Part shown: in pieces, positions 18,512-31,699 of the stretch
Layout: each line of letters starts with the position of its first letter
Numbering within the stretch: the first letter of the stretch is position 1
Source of the DNA: Isoptericola halotolerans
GTDB taxonomy: Bacteria; Actinomycetota; Actinomycetes; Actinomycetales; Cellulomonadaceae
DNA: 64,000 nucleotides
NCBI RefSeq assembly: GCF_013149785.1
Contig: NZ_JABEZU010000004.1
Location: 372,001 to 436,000 of the forward strand
Direction of reading: 5' to 3'
Translations under genes and position numbers: made by a program
Notes under the pieces: generated by a model
What the model saw: only the letters and a program-made list of their open reading frames with translations
Told to the model about the DNA's origin: nothing
Database searches by the model: none

Positions 18512-18543
18512 GATTCCACACCTGTGCATATCTCTGGGGATAA
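18512..18543. promoter_or_regulatory. Three DnaA-box-like 9-mers
   Basis: GATTCCACA (18512), TGTGCATAT (18523), TGGGGATAA (18535) between the convergent crgA and rhomboid genes. Confidence 0.6.
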
Positions 18544-18561
18544 CTGGTACCGCAGCGGTCG

Positions 18562-19440
18562 TCAGAAGAACGCCGGGTAGTCGACGGTCGAGTACTTCCA
18601 CACCGCCAGCGCGACGAGGACGACGCCGACGGCGGCGGGGAGCGCCCAGCCGACCAGCTTCTGCTTGTCACGTGGTGCCGCCGCATAGCCGGCGCCGATC
18701 GCGAGGCCGACGACGAGCCCTCCGACGTGCGCCTGCCAGGCGATGTTCGGCACGAGGAACGGCAGCGCCATGTTGATCGCGATGAGGACGACGATCTGAC
18801 CGGCGTTGCGGCCCAGGCGGCGCAGCACCGGGATGATGGCGCCGAAGAGACCGAACACGGCACCCGAGGCGCCCACCACGGGCGTGAGCCAGCTCATGCT
18901 CAGCGGGTCGGCCAGCAGGAGCACGCCCACCGATCCGCCCAGCGCCGCGAGCAGGTACAGAGCGAGGAAGCGGCCGCGCCCGAACGCCTGCTCGAGGAAC
19001 GGCCCGACGAGCCACAGGGCGTACATGTTGAACAGGATGTGCAGCGGCGTGGTCGAGTGCAGGAACGCCGCCGTGAGGAAGCGCCAGGGCTCCGCCTGCC
19101 CGACCGCCGGCGCGAAGGCCCACTGCTGGGTCCAGGCGCCACCGGTGGTCATCTGCAGCAGCCAGCTCACGACGCACAGGCCGATGATCGTCAGGGTGAC
19201 GACGGGGCGCCCGCCGCGGACCGTGGCGCCGAACACGGTCCGGGCGCTGCGGGTCGACCGCGCCGCCTGGGCGACGCAGTCGACGCACTGCACACCGACC
19301 GGGGCCGGCCGCTGGCACTCGGGACAGGCCGGGCGGGCGCACCGCTGACACCGCACGTACGCCACCCGGTCGGGGTGACGCGGGCAGACCGGGGGAGCCT
19401 CGCCCTGACGATCGACGGGCGGCTGCTGCGGCGTGCTGAT
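18562..19440 (-). CDS. Rhomboid intramembrane serine protease with N-terminal zinc-finger; probable ATC start
   Basis: CPRHPDR...CQRC...CPEC...CVDC; WRFLTAAFLH, HILFNM, GASG, AHVGG. The first canonical start (GTG 19365) would cut the Zn finger. Confidence 0.88.
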   Translation of the reverse strand: MSTPQQPPVDRQGEAPPVCPRHPDRVAYVRCQRCARPACPECQRPAPVGVQCVDCVAQAARSTRSARTVFGATVRGGRPVVTLTIIGLCVVSWLLQMTTGGAWTQQWAFAPAVGQAEPWRFLTAAFLHSTTPLHILFNMYALWLVGPFLEQAFGRGRFLALYLLAALGGSVGVLLLADPLSMSWLTPVVGASGAVFGLFGAIIPVLRRLGRNAGQIVVLIAINMALPFLVPNIAWQAHVGGLVVGLAIGAGYAAAPRDKQKLVGWALPAAVGVVLVALAVWKYSTVDYPAFF

Positions 19441-19450
19441 CGTGCGCTCC

Positions 19451-19990
19451 TCAGTCCTCGATCGTGACGCGCTCGATGACGATGTCCTCGACAGGGCGGT
19501 CGCCGGGGCGCACCTTCGTCGTGCCGATGGCGTCGACGACGGCGCGCGACTCGTCGTCGGCGACCTTGCCGAAGATGGAGTGCTTGCCGGTCAGCCAGGA
19601 CGTCTCGGTCGTCGTGATGAAGAACTGCGACCCGTTCGTGCCCTCGGTGGCGCCGGTGACCGGGTTGCGGCGCTTGCCGGCGTTGGCCATGGCGAGCAGG
19701 TACTTCTCGTCGAAGGCGAGCTCGGGGTGGATCTCGTCGTCGAAGGTGTAGCCGGGCCCGCCGGTGCCGGTGCCCAGCGGGTCGCCGCCCTGGATCATGA
19801 AGTTGTCGATCACCCGGTGGAAGATCACGCCGTCGTACAGCGGGTCGTTGCGCTCGGCGCCCGTGCGCGGGTCGGTCCAGGTCTTGGTCCCCTGGGCGAG
19901 CCCGACGAAGTTCGCGACCGTCTTCGGCGCGTGGTTCGGGAAGAGCTCGAGGCGGATGTCACCGGCGGAGGTGTGGAGAGTTGCGAACAT
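19451..19990 (-). CDS. ppiA: Cyclophilin-type peptidyl-prolyl isomerase
   Basis: APKTVANF, FHRVIDNFMIQGGDP, LAMANAG, TNGSQFFIT. Confidence 0.96.
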   Translation of the reverse strand: MFATLHTSAGDIRLELFPNHAPKTVANFVGLAQGTKTWTDPRTGAERNDPLYDGVIFHRVIDNFMIQGGDPLGTGTGGPGYTFDDEIHPELAFDEKYLLAMANAGKRRNPVTGATEGTNGSQFFITTTETSWLTGKHSIFGKVADDESRAVVDAIGTTKVRPGDRPVEDIVIERVTIED

Positions 19991-20076
19991 GCCCCCATCC
20001 TCTCACCGAGGACCCGGTTGACTGCCACCGGGCGTGTAGCGGTGCAGCGTGCCGCATCGAGTGGCACAGTGGTCGC

Positions 20077-20979
20077 ATGGTGCAGACCCCGAAGATCGAC
20101 TCCGCCAAGGTGAAGGACTCCGCAGCCGAGGTCACTGCCGCGCTCGTCGGCGCGGGATCCCGTGCCGCGGACAGTGCCAAGGACGCCGCGGGGCAGGCCA
20201 AGGACTGGGCTTCCCCGCGCGTCGACACGTTCATCGAGTGGCTCCGACCCCGCGTCGAGCAGGCATGGAACGAGAGCGTGCAGGCCGCCGCGCCACGTGT
20301 CGAGCAGGTCGCCGGCAGGACCGGCCCGCTCGTCGACAGCGCCCACGACAAGATCGTGGACGAGTACCTGCCGAAGATCGTCGACGTGTTCAACGAGGCC
20401 GCCAACCGGGCGGCGATGACCACCGAGGAAGCCACCAAGGCCGCCAAGAAGGCCGTCAAGGCCGCCGAGAAGTCGGCGCGCAAGGCACAGCGCCGGTCGC
20501 GTCGACGCAAGACGCTCGTGTGGACCGCGGTCATCGGTGGCGCCGCCGCGGCGGGCTACGCCTTCTACCGCCGGGCACAGCCGCAGAACGACCCCTGGGC
20601 CGAGCCGTGGGAGCAGTCCACCGCTCCCGACTTCGACGGGGTGGCGCGCGACGCGCGGCACGTCGTCGGTGACGCGGCCGAGGCCGTCGGGGAGGCGGCC
20701 GGAGCTGCCGTCGCCAAGGGCAAGGAGGCGTCGGAGAAGCTCTCGGGCAAGGCGGCCGAGGTGAAGGACGACGTCACCGAGGCCGTCCAGGACGTGAAGG
20801 AGAAGACGACGGCGCGCACGTCGCGTGCGCGCAGGTCGACCACCACGGCGGCGAAGGACGCCGTCTCCGACGCGGCCGACGCCGCGAAGAAGGCCACCGA
20901 CGCCGCCGAGACGAAGGCGGACGAGGCCGTCGACGCGGCCGACGACGCCGCCAAGAAGGCGACCGACGACAAGAAGTAG
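20077..20979 (+). CDS. Ala/Lys/Asp-rich helical protein with a central hydrophobic segment (hypothetical)
   Basis: High-GC3 frame; CACAGT-N6-ATG; central TLVWTAVIGGAAAAGYAFY then DPWAEPW; followed by a strong hairpin. Confidence 0.75.
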   Translation: MVQTPKIDSAKVKDSAAEVTAALVGAGSRAADSAKDAAGQAKDWASPRVDTFIEWLRPRVEQAWNESVQAAAPRVEQVAGRTGPLVDSAHDKIVDEYLPKIVDVFNEAANRAAMTTEEATKAAKKAVKAAEKSARKAQRRSRRRKTLVWTAVIGGAAAAGYAFYRRAQPQNDPWAEPWEQSTAPDFDGVARDARHVVGDAAEAVGEAAGAAVAKGKEASEKLSGKAAEVKDDVTEAVQDVKEKTTARTSRARRSTTTAAKDAVSDAADAAKKATDAAETKADEAVDAADDAAKKATDDKK

Positions 20980-21000
20980 CGTCACGACGACGCGTCGAGC

Positions 21001-21044
21001 ACGACGAGAGCCTCCGCCCCGTCCGGGGCGGAGGCTCTCGTCGT
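21001..21044 (+). terminator. Terminator hairpin
   Basis: ACGACGAGAGCCTCCGCCCCG-TC-CGGGGCGGAGGCTCTCGTCGT. Confidence 0.75.
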
Positions 21045-21131
21045 CCTGCGGTGCCGGTGGGCGGAGTCGCACATCGTGGAGGTGGAGGCCGCCCGGGCCG
21101 CGTGCGACGACGCGGCACCCCTCCTCGCACG

Positions 21132-21168
21132 CCAGAGGCCCTCCACCACGACGGGAGAGGGCCTCTGG
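21132..21168 (-). terminator. Terminator hairpin after tRNA-Ala
   Basis: CCAGAGGCCCTC...GAGGGCCTCTGG 12-bp stem. Confidence 0.6.
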
Positions 21169-21180
21169 GACGAAGTTCTG

Positions 21181-21253
21181 TGGAGCCAAGGGGACTCGAA
21201 CCCCTAACCCCCTGCTTGCAAAGCAGGTGCGCTACCAATTGCGCCATGGCCCC
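21181..21253 (-). tRNA. tRNA-Ala (TGC)
   Basis: GGGGCCATGGCGCAATTGGTAGCGCACCTGCTTTGCAAGCAGG...GTTCGAGTCCCCTTGGCTCCA. Confidence 0.97.
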
Positions 21254-21263
21254 CGGGGGAGTG

Positions 21264-21383
21264 TCAGTCGAGGGAGTCGGTGACCTCGGTCCACAGGTCA
21301 CGGTCGGCCGCGTCGGACGACACCCGGCGCCAGACCAGGTATCCCGCCGCAGCGGCGAGCAGGACGACGAACAGCTTCTTCAT
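21264..21383 (-). CDS. DLW-39 family small protein (39 aa)
   Basis: MKKLFVVLLAAAAGYLVWRRVSSDAADRDLWTEVTDSLD after GGAGG; DLW motif; lies between tRNA-Ile and tRNA-Ala. Confidence 0.88.
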   Translation of the reverse strand: MKKLFVVLLAAAAGYLVWRRVSSDAADRDLWTEVTDSLD

Positions 21384-21409
21384 GCTGGACCTCCGCGTCT
21401 GCCAGGGAG

Positions 21410-21483
21410 TGGGGCTAGGAGGACTTGAACCTCCGACCTCTTCCTTATCAGGGAAGCGCTCTAACCGTCTGAGCTATAGCCCC
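21410..21483 (-). tRNA. tRNA-Ile (GAT)
   Basis: GGGGCTATAGCTCAGACGGTTAGAGCGCTTCCCTGATAAGGGAAG...GTTCAAGTCCTCCTAGCCCCA. Confidence 0.97.
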
Positions 21484-21599
21484 TCCGCACGCGTCCGTAG
21501 AACGCGTGCAGCACGGAACATTACCGCACCCGGCGCCTGGTCCCCAAACCGCAGCAGGGTTGCCGCAGTGTGACGTCCATCGCGCCGGGAGCCGTCCCG

Positions 21600-22501
21600 T
21601 CAGTCGTCCGTCAGCGTCAGGTGCACACCACCGACGAGAGCCGCCGTGATGTTGTACAGGATCGCCATGATCGTGGCGAGGGCCGTGAACAGCACCATGT
21701 TGACCAGTGCGATCAACGTGGCCAGCGAGATCATCCGGTCGAACTCGACGAACTGCATGATGTCGATCGTCTGCGGCCCCATGGTCTCGACGAGGAAGTC
21801 CTGGATCACCGCGAACGTCCCGAAGGAGTTCAGCGAGTACCAGACGACGCCCGTGGCGACGACGATCATGATGCCGACCGCGACGGACAGCAGGAACGCG
21901 AGCTTCATGATCGACCAGGGGTCGACGCGCGAGACCGACAGACGCACGCGGCGAGGGCTGCCGACCTCGGCCGGAGCGGCCGGCTGAGCCTGCGGCTGCG
22001 CCGTGCCGGCGGCGTACTGCGCCCCGCCCGGTGATGCCTCGGGGGCCGCGGTGCCGTGCACCCCGCCTGCCGAGTAGTGCATCTCGGGGCGCGGACCGCT
22101 CTGCGTCGACGAGGCCGACGGCGCTGAGGTGCTCGGCGTGCCGGCGTTCGCGGCGTCGGGCGCGTCGGACCCCGTGCTCGACGACGCCGAGGTGGCGGAC
22201 TGCACCTTCTTGGCCGCGCTGCGGGCGGCCGCCAGGGCGGCGGCGGCCGCCTTCACGGCACCCTCCTTGACGGTGGAGCCGTTCTCCGGCGGCGCGGCCG
22301 GGGAGGAGACGTCGGCCGGTGCCGGCGGGGGAGCCACCGAGGCCACCGGTGTCGCGGCCGGCACTCCGGACTGCGCAGCGGCGCCCGGCGCCGTCGAGCC
22401 GTTGGCGGTCGGAGCCGCCGGCACGGGGGGCATCTGCTGGGTGCTGTCCGCAGCCAGTGCCGTCGTCGTCCCCGTGCGCCCCGCCGTGTTGTCGCTGGCC
22501 A

Positions 22502-22502
<1 letters not shown>
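21600..22502 (-). CDS. DUF3566 membrane protein
   Basis: Low-complexity N-terminus; RRVRLSVSRVDPWSIMK...LYN...GGVHLTL; standard position after gyrA. Confidence 0.88.
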
Positions 22503-25135
<2,633 letters not shown>

Positions 25136-25240
25136 CGTGTCTCCGTTCCTTCCTGCGCCGCCCGGGCGCGGGTCCTGCCTCGATCAGTCCTGAAGCTTGT
25201 GTACAACTGCGTGTTCAATGCCTGTACACGCAGCTCCCGG

Positions 25241-27334
25241 TCAGATGTCGAGGAACCGGACGTCCTTGGCGTTGCGCTGGATGAAGCTGCGGCGGGACTC
25301 GACGTCCTCGCCCATCAGGACCGAGAAGATCTCGTCCGCCGCCGCGGCGTCGTCCATGGTGACCTGCAGCAACGTGCGGTGCTCCGGGTCCATCGTGGTG
25401 TCCCAGAGCTCGGTGTAGTCCATCTCGCCCAGACCCTTGTAGCGCTGGATCCCGTTCTCCTTCGGGATCCGCTTGCCCGCGGCGATCCCCTGCTGCAGGA
25501 ACGCGTCGCGCTCCCGGTCGGAGTACACGTAGTCGTGCGGGGCGTTCGTCCACTTGAGCCTGTACAACGGCGGCTGGGCCAGGTACACGTGCCCGTGCTC
25601 GATGAGCGGGCGCATGTACCGGAACAGCAGGGTCAGCAGCAGGGTGCAGATGTGCTGGCCGTCGACGTCGGCGTCGGCCATGAGCACGATCTTGTGGTAG
25701 CGCAGCTTCACGAGGTCGAAGTCCTCGCCGATGCCCGTGCCGAACGCCGTGATCAGGGCCTGCACCTCGGCGTTCGACAGGGCCTTGTCGAGCCGCGCGC
25801 GCTCCACGTTGAGGATCTTGCCGCGCAGCGGCAGGATCGCCTGGTGGTGCGGGTCGCGGCCACGCACCGCCGAGCCGCCGGCCGAGTCACCCTCCACGAT
25901 GTAGATCTCGCACTCTTCGGGACGGTTCGACTGGCAGTCCTTGAGCTTGCCGGGCATCCCGCCCGAGCTGAGGATGCCCTTGCGTCGGGTGGCCTCGCGC
26001 GCCTTGCGGGCAGCGATGCGTGCCTGCGACGCCGAGATCGCCTTGCGGATGATGTCGCGTGCCTCGTTCGGGTGCGAGTCGAACCAGTCGATCATCTTCT
26101 CGCGCACGACCCGCTGCACGAACGTCTTGGCCTCGGTGTTGCCGAGCTTCGTCTTCGTCTGTCCCTCGAACTGCGGCTCGCCGAGCTTGACGCTCAGGAC
26201 GGCGGTGAGGCCCTCACGGATGTCGTCACCCGTCAGGTTCTCGTCCTTCTCCTTGAGGATCGCCTTGTCCCGGGCGTAGGAGTTCACGAGGGTGGTCATC
26301 GCCGCGCGGAAGCCCTCCTCGTGCGTACCACCCTCCGTCGTCGAGATCGTGTTGGCGAAGGTGTGCACCGACTCGCTGTAGGCGTTCGTCCACTGCAGCG
26401 CGATCTCCAGCGAGATCTTCGCCTCGGTGTCCTCCGACTCGATGTCGATGATCTCCGGGTGGATGATCTCCGAGCGCTTGGCAGCGTTGATGTGCTTGAC
26501 GTAGTCGATCAGCCCGTTGTCGTACTTGTACGTGACCGTCCGCACCGCCCCCGTGGCGGACTCGGCGTCGTGCACCTCGTCGTCGGGGGACTCCGCCGCC
26601 GCCACGGCTGCCGCCGCGTCCGAGGCGTCCAGGGCCGCGATGACCTCGCTGGTGTCCAGGGCGCCGGTGATCTCGTCAGGGCCGGACACGTGCTCGGTAC
26701 GCTCGTCCGTGAGCGTGATGCGCAGTCCCTTGTTGAGGAACGCGTACTGCTGGAACCGGGACCGCAGCGTCTCGAAGTCGTAGTCGGTGGTCTCGAAGAT
26801 CGTGCCGTCGGCCCAGAACGTCTGTGTCGTGCCCGTCTCGTCCGTCGGCTCGAGCTTCTGCAGCTCACCGAGCGGGGCCCCGCCGTCCGAGAACTCCTGG
26901 CGCCACGCGAACCCGTCACGGCGGACCTCGGTGACCACCCGGGACGACAGGGCGTTGACCACCGAGATGCCGACGCCGTGCAGACCGCCCGACACCGCGT
27001 AGCCGCCACCGCCGAACTTGCCGCCGGCGTGCAGGATCGTCATGACGACCTCGACCGTCGGGCGCCCCTCCGTCGGGTGGATCGCCACCGGGATGCCTCG
27101 CCCGTTGTCCACCACACGCACGCCGCCGTCCGCGAGGAGCGTGACGTCGATGGTGTCCGCATGCCCCGCCAGGGCCTCGTCCACAGAGTTGTCCACAACC
27201 TCGTAGACGAGGTGGTGCAACCCTCGCGCGCCGGTGGACCCGATGTACATGCCGGGTCGCTTGCGTACTGCCTCGAGGCCCTCGAGGACGGTGATGTTCC
27301 CGGCGTCGTAGCTGCCGTCGGATCGCTGAGCCAC
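25241..27334 (-). CDS. gyrB: DNA gyrase subunit B
   Basis: [51 protein letters not shown]. Start placed at GTG 27334; the ORF track over-extends it. Confidence 0.97.
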   Translation of the reverse strand: MAQRSDGSYDAGNITVLEGLEAVRKRPGMYIGSTGARGLHHLVYEVVDNSVDEALAGHADTIDVTLLADGGVRVVDNGRGIPVAIHPTEGRPTVEVVMTILHAGGKFGGGGYAVSGGLHGVGISVVNALSSRVVTEVRRDGFAWRQEFSDGGAPLGELQKLEPTDETGTTQTFWADGTIFETTDYDFETLRSRFQQYAFLNKGLRITLTDERTEHVSGPDEITGALDTSEVIAALDASDAAAAVAAAESPDDEVHDAESATGAVRTVTYKYDNGLIDYVKHINAAKRSEIIHPEIIDIESEDTEAKISLEIALQWTNAYSESVHTFANTISTTEGGTHEEGFRAAMTTLVNSYARDKAILKEKDENLTGDDIREGLTAVLSVKLGEPQFEGQTKTKLGNTEAKTFVQRVVREKMIDWFDSHPNEARDIIRKAISASQARIAARKAREATRRKGILSSGGMPGKLKDCQSNRPEECEIYIVEGDSAGGSAVRGRDPHHQAILPLRGKILNVERARLDKALSNAEVQALITAFGTGIGEDFDLVKLRYHKIVLMADADVDGQHICTLLLTLLFRYMRPLIEHGHVYLAQPPLYRLKWTNAPHDYVYSDRERDAFLQQGIAAGKRIPKENGIQRYKGLGEMDYTELWDTTMDPEHRTLLQVTMDDAAAADEIFSVLMGEDVESRRSFIQRNAKDVRFLDI

Positions 27335-27621
27335 AGGCTGTAGCACTCCTCGTCGTCCAGGCACGCGACGGGGTGTCCCGGACGAAGTCCGGGCCGCAGC
27401 ACAAGGACAGGCACGGGTGTGCCGGCTGCGGGTCGGTGCCGTGCGCCACCGGAAGACCGTCGGAGCCTGAGCAGCCGACGACCGGCCCGGCTCGTCACGC
27501 ACAGGTCGGTCGCGTCCAACTTCACAGGCCCGGATCACCGCCCGGGGACACCCGCCCAGTCTACCGGAGATCCGCAGGAAATCGCGGCGGTCGGGTGTTC
27601 GCGCGTGTGCCGTGCCACACG

Positions 27622-27642
27622 TTGTCCACAGGTTTCTCCACA
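27622..27642 (+). promoter_or_regulatory. Tandem DnaA boxes upstream of gyrB
   Basis: TTGTCCACA-GGT-TTCTCCACA. Confidence 0.65.
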
Positions 27643-27657
27643 CCGACGCGGGAGTCG

Positions 27658-28263
27658 TCAGCCGAAGGTGTCGCCCGGCCCCGGTCCACGCACGGTACGA
27701 CGTCCCCGGCGGAAGCTCGGGCCGGCCGGACCCAGCACCGTGACCTTCTCCACGACGCCCTCTCCGACCTCCTCGTCGAGCCGCCGCATCAGCGTCGGCA
27801 CGAGCAGACGCACCTGCGTCGCCCACGCCGTGGAGTCCGCCCGGACCACCAGCACCTTGTCCTCGAACGTCTCCGGCGTGCAGTGGTCCGACACCTGGTC
27901 GCCCACCACCTCCCGCCATCGCCCGATCACGCCGCCGACCGAGACCTCCTCGTGCCAGCCCTTGTCACGCAGCAGCCGCGCCACCACGTCGGAGACCAGC
28001 CGCGGGTCCCGCGCGTTCGGGCCCTTGCCGGGATCCTTGCGCGGCTCGGCCAGCGCCGACCGGCGCGACGGCGAGCCCGGGCGCAGCCCCTTGGCGCGAG
28101 CCGCCGCCTTGGCCCTGTTCAACGCCTCCCGGGCCACCTCCGACGGCGGCGTCAGCTCCGTGCGCTCGACGACAGGACGCGGGTCCCGGTCCCGGCGCCC
28201 GCCCGGCGCGCCGTCATCCTCCGCCTCCGCTCCCTCGGCCTCGTCAGGGCGAGGCTCAGGCAC
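27658..28263 (-). CDS. dciA: DciA (DUF721) helicase-loader family protein
   Basis: RDPRLV...GW...WREVVG...HC...DSTAWATQ...GPGDTFG; between recF and gyrB. Confidence 0.9.
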   Translation of the reverse strand: MPEPRPDEAEGAEAEDDGAPGGRRDRDPRPVVERTELTPPSEVAREALNRAKAAARAKGLRPGSPSRRSALAEPRKDPGKGPNARDPRLVSDVVARLLRDKGWHEEVSVGGVIGRWREVVGDQVSDHCTPETFEDKVLVVRADSTAWATQVRLLVPTLMRRLDEEVGEGVVEKVTVLGPAGPSFRRGRRTVRGPGPGDTFG

Positions 28264-29431
28264 GGCGCACCTGCCCCGGCGTGACCTCGAAGCGTGCTCC
28301 CATCAGCTCGCCCGGCACGTCCTGCGGCACGGCGGCCGTCACCAGCACCTGCCGCGCCGGGACCACCAGCTCCGCCAGCCGCTCCCGACGGCGCGTGTCC
28401 AGCTCGGCGAACACGTCGTCCAGCACCAGCACCGGGTCGGCGTCGGACCCGTGGTCGGGGTCCCAGAACACCCCGTCCGTCTCGATCGGGTCGACACCCC
28501 CGCCGAGCAGGCGGAACGTGGCCAGCCGCAGCGCCAGGGCCATCGACCACGACTCGCCGTGGCTCGCGTAACCCTTCGCCGGCAGCCCGCCCAGCGCCAG
28601 CGCCAGGTCGTCCCGGTGCGGCCCGACCAGGCTCTGGCCGCGCTCGATCTCCTGCGGGCGCTGCTCCTCGATCGCGGCCGCCAGGAGCTTCTCGAGCTCC
28701 TCGTTGCCCGGCACCAGACCGTCCGGCAGCACCGACGACCGGTAGGTCATCCGCGCCTCGCCGTCCGCGTCGCTGACCTGCTCGTACGCGGCGGCCAGCA
28801 GGGGCTGCGCGGCCCGGACGAGCGCGATGCGCCACGCGAGGACCTGACCACCCAGCTGTGCCGCCCGGGCGTCCCACACCTCCAGCGCCGACAGGTCGGG
28901 GCTCCGGCCCGCCGCGCGGTGCCCGCGCAACGACTTCAGCAGCGCGGAACGCTGCCGGATCACCCGTTCGTAGTCGGCCAGCACCCCCGCGGCCCGGGGG
29001 AGGAGCTGCACCACGAGCTGGTCGAGGAACCGCCGACGCCCCTCGGGGTCTCCTTTGACCAGCGCGAGGTCCTCCGGGGCGAACAACACCGTCCGCAGGA
29101 TCCCCAGCACGTCCCGGGCCCGTCCGAGCTGCCCTCGGTTCACCCGGGCCCGGTTGGCCTTGCCCGCCGTGATCTCCAGCTCGACGGTCGACGCACGTTC
29201 ACCGCGCACCACACGCGTGCGCACGACGGCGCGCTGGGCCCCGGCACGGATCAGGGGAGCGTCGTTCGCCACCCGGTGGCTGCCGAGCGTCGCGACGTAC
29301 CCCAGGGCCTCCACCAGGTTCGTCTTGCCCCGCCCGTTGCGCCCGACGAAGGCGTTCGGGCCCGGCTCGAGCTCGACGTCGGCGGCCTCGTAGGACCGGA
29401 AGTCGAGCAGGGACAGGTGCGAGACGTACAT
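28256..29431 (-). CDS. recF: DNA replication/repair protein RecF
   Basis: [14 protein letters not shown], Walker [25 protein letters not shown]. Confidence 0.96.
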   Translation of the reverse strand: MYVSHLSLLDFRSYEAADVELEPGPNAFVGRNGRGKTNLVEALGYVATLGSHRVANDAPLIRAGAQRAVVRTRVVRGERASTVELEITAGKANRARVNRGQLGRARDVLGILRTVLFAPEDLALVKGDPEGRRRFLDQLVVQLLPRAAGVLADYERVIRQRSALLKSLRGHRAAGRSPDLSALEVWDARAAQLGGQVLAWRIALVRAAQPLLAAAYEQVSDADGEARMTYRSSVLPDGLVPGNEELEKLLAAAIEEQRPQEIERGQSLVGPHRDDLALALGGLPAKGYASHGESWSMALALRLATFRLLGGGVDPIETDGVFWDPDHGSDADPVLVLDDVFAELDTRRRERLAELVVPARQVLVTAAVPQDVPGELMGARFEVTPGQVRRA

Positions 29432-29450
29432 GACTCCAGTGTCGCGCGAA

Positions 29451-30350
29451 CTACTCGGCGGACGGCTTGGTGGCATGACCACCGAACTGCTGGCGCAGCG
29501 CCGCGACGGCCTTCATCGCCGGGGAGTCGTCCTGCCGGGAGGCGAACCGGGCGAACAGCGCCGCCGAGATCACCGGCAGCGGCACCGCGTTGTCGATCGC
29601 CTCGTCGACCGTCCAGCGGCCCTCTCCCGAGTCGGCCACCCAGTCGTCGATGGCAGCGAGCCGGGGGTCCTCCTCGAGCGCCTTCACCATGAGGTCGAGC
29701 AGCCAGGAGCGCACCACCGTGCCACGCTTCCACGCGCGCATCGTGCCGTGGACGTCGGTGACGACGTCGGTCTTCGCGGACAGCAGCTCGTAGCCCTCGG
29801 CGTAGGCCTGCATCAGGCCGTACTCGATGCCGTTGTGGACCATCTTCGCGAAGTGGCCGGCACCGACGTTGCCGGCGTGCACGAAGCCCTCGTCCCGTGG
29901 CCCCTCGGGGCGCAGGGCGTCGAACACCGGCATGAGCAGCTCGACGTGGGCGGCGTCGCCGCCGCACATCAGCCCGTACCCGTTCTCCAGGCCCCAGATG
30001 CCACCGGAGACGCCGACGTCGACGTAGCCGATCCCACGCTCGGCGAGCTCGGCGGCGCGCGCCTGGTCCTCCGGGTAGTGGGAGTTCCCTCCCTCGACGA
30101 CGACGTCGCCGTCACCCAGCAGGCCGCCCAGCTCGGTCACGACCCCGCGGGTCGGCTCGCCCGCCGGGACCATGACCCAGACCACCCGGCGCGGGCCCGG
30201 CAGCGCCGCCACCAGGTCGGCGAGACTCTCGACGTCAGAGACCTCGGGCCGCGGGTCGTAGCCCGTGACCTCGATGCCGGCGCGGCGCAGACGCTCGCGC
30301 ATGTTGTGGCCCATCTTGCCCAGACCGACCAGACCCATGTGGGAAACCAT
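29451..30350 (-). CDS. gnd: 6-phosphogluconate dehydrogenase (decarboxylating), short type
   Basis: [39 protein letters not shown]. Confidence 0.94.
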   Translation of the reverse strand: MVSHMGLVGLGKMGHNMRERLRRAGIEVTGYDPRPEVSDVESLADLVAALPGPRRVVWVMVPAGEPTRGVVTELGGLLGDGDVVVEGGNSHYPEDQARAAELAERGIGYVDVGVSGGIWGLENGYGLMCGGDAAHVELLMPVFDALRPEGPRDEGFVHAGNVGAGHFAKMVHNGIEYGLMQAYAEGYELLSAKTDVVTDVHGTMRAWKRGTVVRSWLLDLMVKALEEDPRLAAIDDWVADSGEGRWTVDEAIDNAVPLPVISAALFARFASRQDDSPAMKAVAALRQQFGGHATKPSAE

Positions 30351-30425
30351 GTGGAGAACCTCCTGGAAAGGCAACGCTGCGAGCGTACGGTTCCCGGCGG
30401 GCCGCCGCACGGCCGCGGGGAGGGA

Positions 30426-31559
30426 TCAGGACGAGAAGCGGATGGGGACCAACAGGTAGCGGTAGGCCGAGGAGTCCTCGCCGTCGAGCGACTCCTGCCC
30501 GGTGAACTCGACCGGCTTGTTCGGGTGCGTGAACGACATCCGGACGAAGTCCGTCCCCAGCGCACCGAGGCCGTCGAGCAGGAACTGGGGATTGAAGGCG
30601 ACCTGGATGTCCTCGCCCACGAGGACCGCCTCGAGAGCCTCGGACGCCTGCGCGTCGTCGCCCTGACCGGCGTCCAGCACCACCTGTCCCTCGGAGAAGG
30701 CCAGCCGGATCGGCGTGTTGCGCTCGGCCACGAGCGCGACCCGCTTGGCGGCGTCGATCAGCGCCTGGGTGGGGACGACGGCGTGGATCGGCGTGGCGTC
30801 CGGGAACAGACGCCGCACGGCCGGATAGTCGCCGTCCACGAGCTGGGAGGTCGTGTGACGCCCTCCCGCCTCGAAACCGATGAGGTCGATGCCCTCGCCG
30901 GTGGACAGCCCGATGTTGACCTGACCGCCGCTGGTCCCGAGGGACTTGGCGACGTCGTTGAGGGTGCGGGCGCGCACGAGGGCCACGGCCGAGTAGCCCG
31001 GTGTGGCGGGGGTCCACGTCAGCTCGCGCAGCGCGAGCCGGTAGCGGTCGGTGGCGAGCAGGGTGATGCGCTCGCCCTCGATCTCCATCCGCACGCCGGT
31101 GAGCAGGGGGAGAGTGTCGTCCCGGCTGGCCGCCACGCTCACCTGGGCGACGGCGTGGGTGAGGGCTTCGCCGGTGACCGTGCCGGAGAGCTCGGGCATC
31201 GTCGGCAGCGCGGGGTAGTCCTCGACCGGCATGGTGAGCAGCGTGAACCGGGAGGCACCGCACGTCAGCGCCACCTTGTTGCCCTCGACCGTGACGTCCA
31301 CCGGCTTGCTGGGCAGCGCCCGGGAGATCTCGGCGAGCAGTCGGCCGGACACCAGCACCGTCCCGGGCTCGGACACCTCGGCGGGGATCTGCGAGCGTGC
31401 GGAGACCTCGTAGTCGAAGCTCGCCAGGCCGATCGTGCCGGCGGTGTCGGCCTCGATGCGAACACCGGCGAGCACCGGTGCCGGCGGGCGTGTGGGGAGG
31501 GTGCGGGCCGTCCAAGTCACAGCCTCGGCCAGGACGTCGCGTTCAACCCGGAACTTCAT
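30426..31559 (-). CDS. dnaN: DNA polymerase III beta clamp
   Basis: MKFRVERD, ATDRYRL, FNPQFLLDGL, YLLVPIR. Confidence 0.97.
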   Translation of the reverse strand: MKFRVERDVLAEAVTWTARTLPTRPPAPVLAGVRIEADTAGTIGLASFDYEVSARSQIPAEVSEPGTVLVSGRLLAEISRALPSKPVDVTVEGNKVALTCGASRFTLLTMPVEDYPALPTMPELSGTVTGEALTHAVAQVSVAASRDDTLPLLTGVRMEIEGERITLLATDRYRLALRELTWTPATPGYSAVALVRARTLNDVAKSLGTSGGQVNIGLSTGEGIDLIGFEAGGRHTTSQLVDGDYPAVRRLFPDATPIHAVVPTQALIDAAKRVALVAERNTPIRLAFSEGQVVLDAGQGDDAQASEALEAVLVGEDIQVAFNPQFLLDGLGALGTDFVRMSFTHPNKPVEFTGQESLDGEDSSAYRYLLVPIRFSS

Positions 31560-31699
31560 CCCACTCCTCAGTGTTCTCGTGCGGTGCGACGACATGCCTG
31601 GCAGCAGCGTCGTCGTCCGTGCAAACCCTACCGTGCCGAGGCCCAGGAGGTCGGTCGCACGATCCGCCTCGATCAGCCTTCGAAGGCGTGTGGATCCCT

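Noticed and set aside
25207..25233. Small hairpin between gyrB and gyrA (CTGCGTGT...ACACGCAG)
   Set aside because: Short, imperfect, and lacks features to assign a function.
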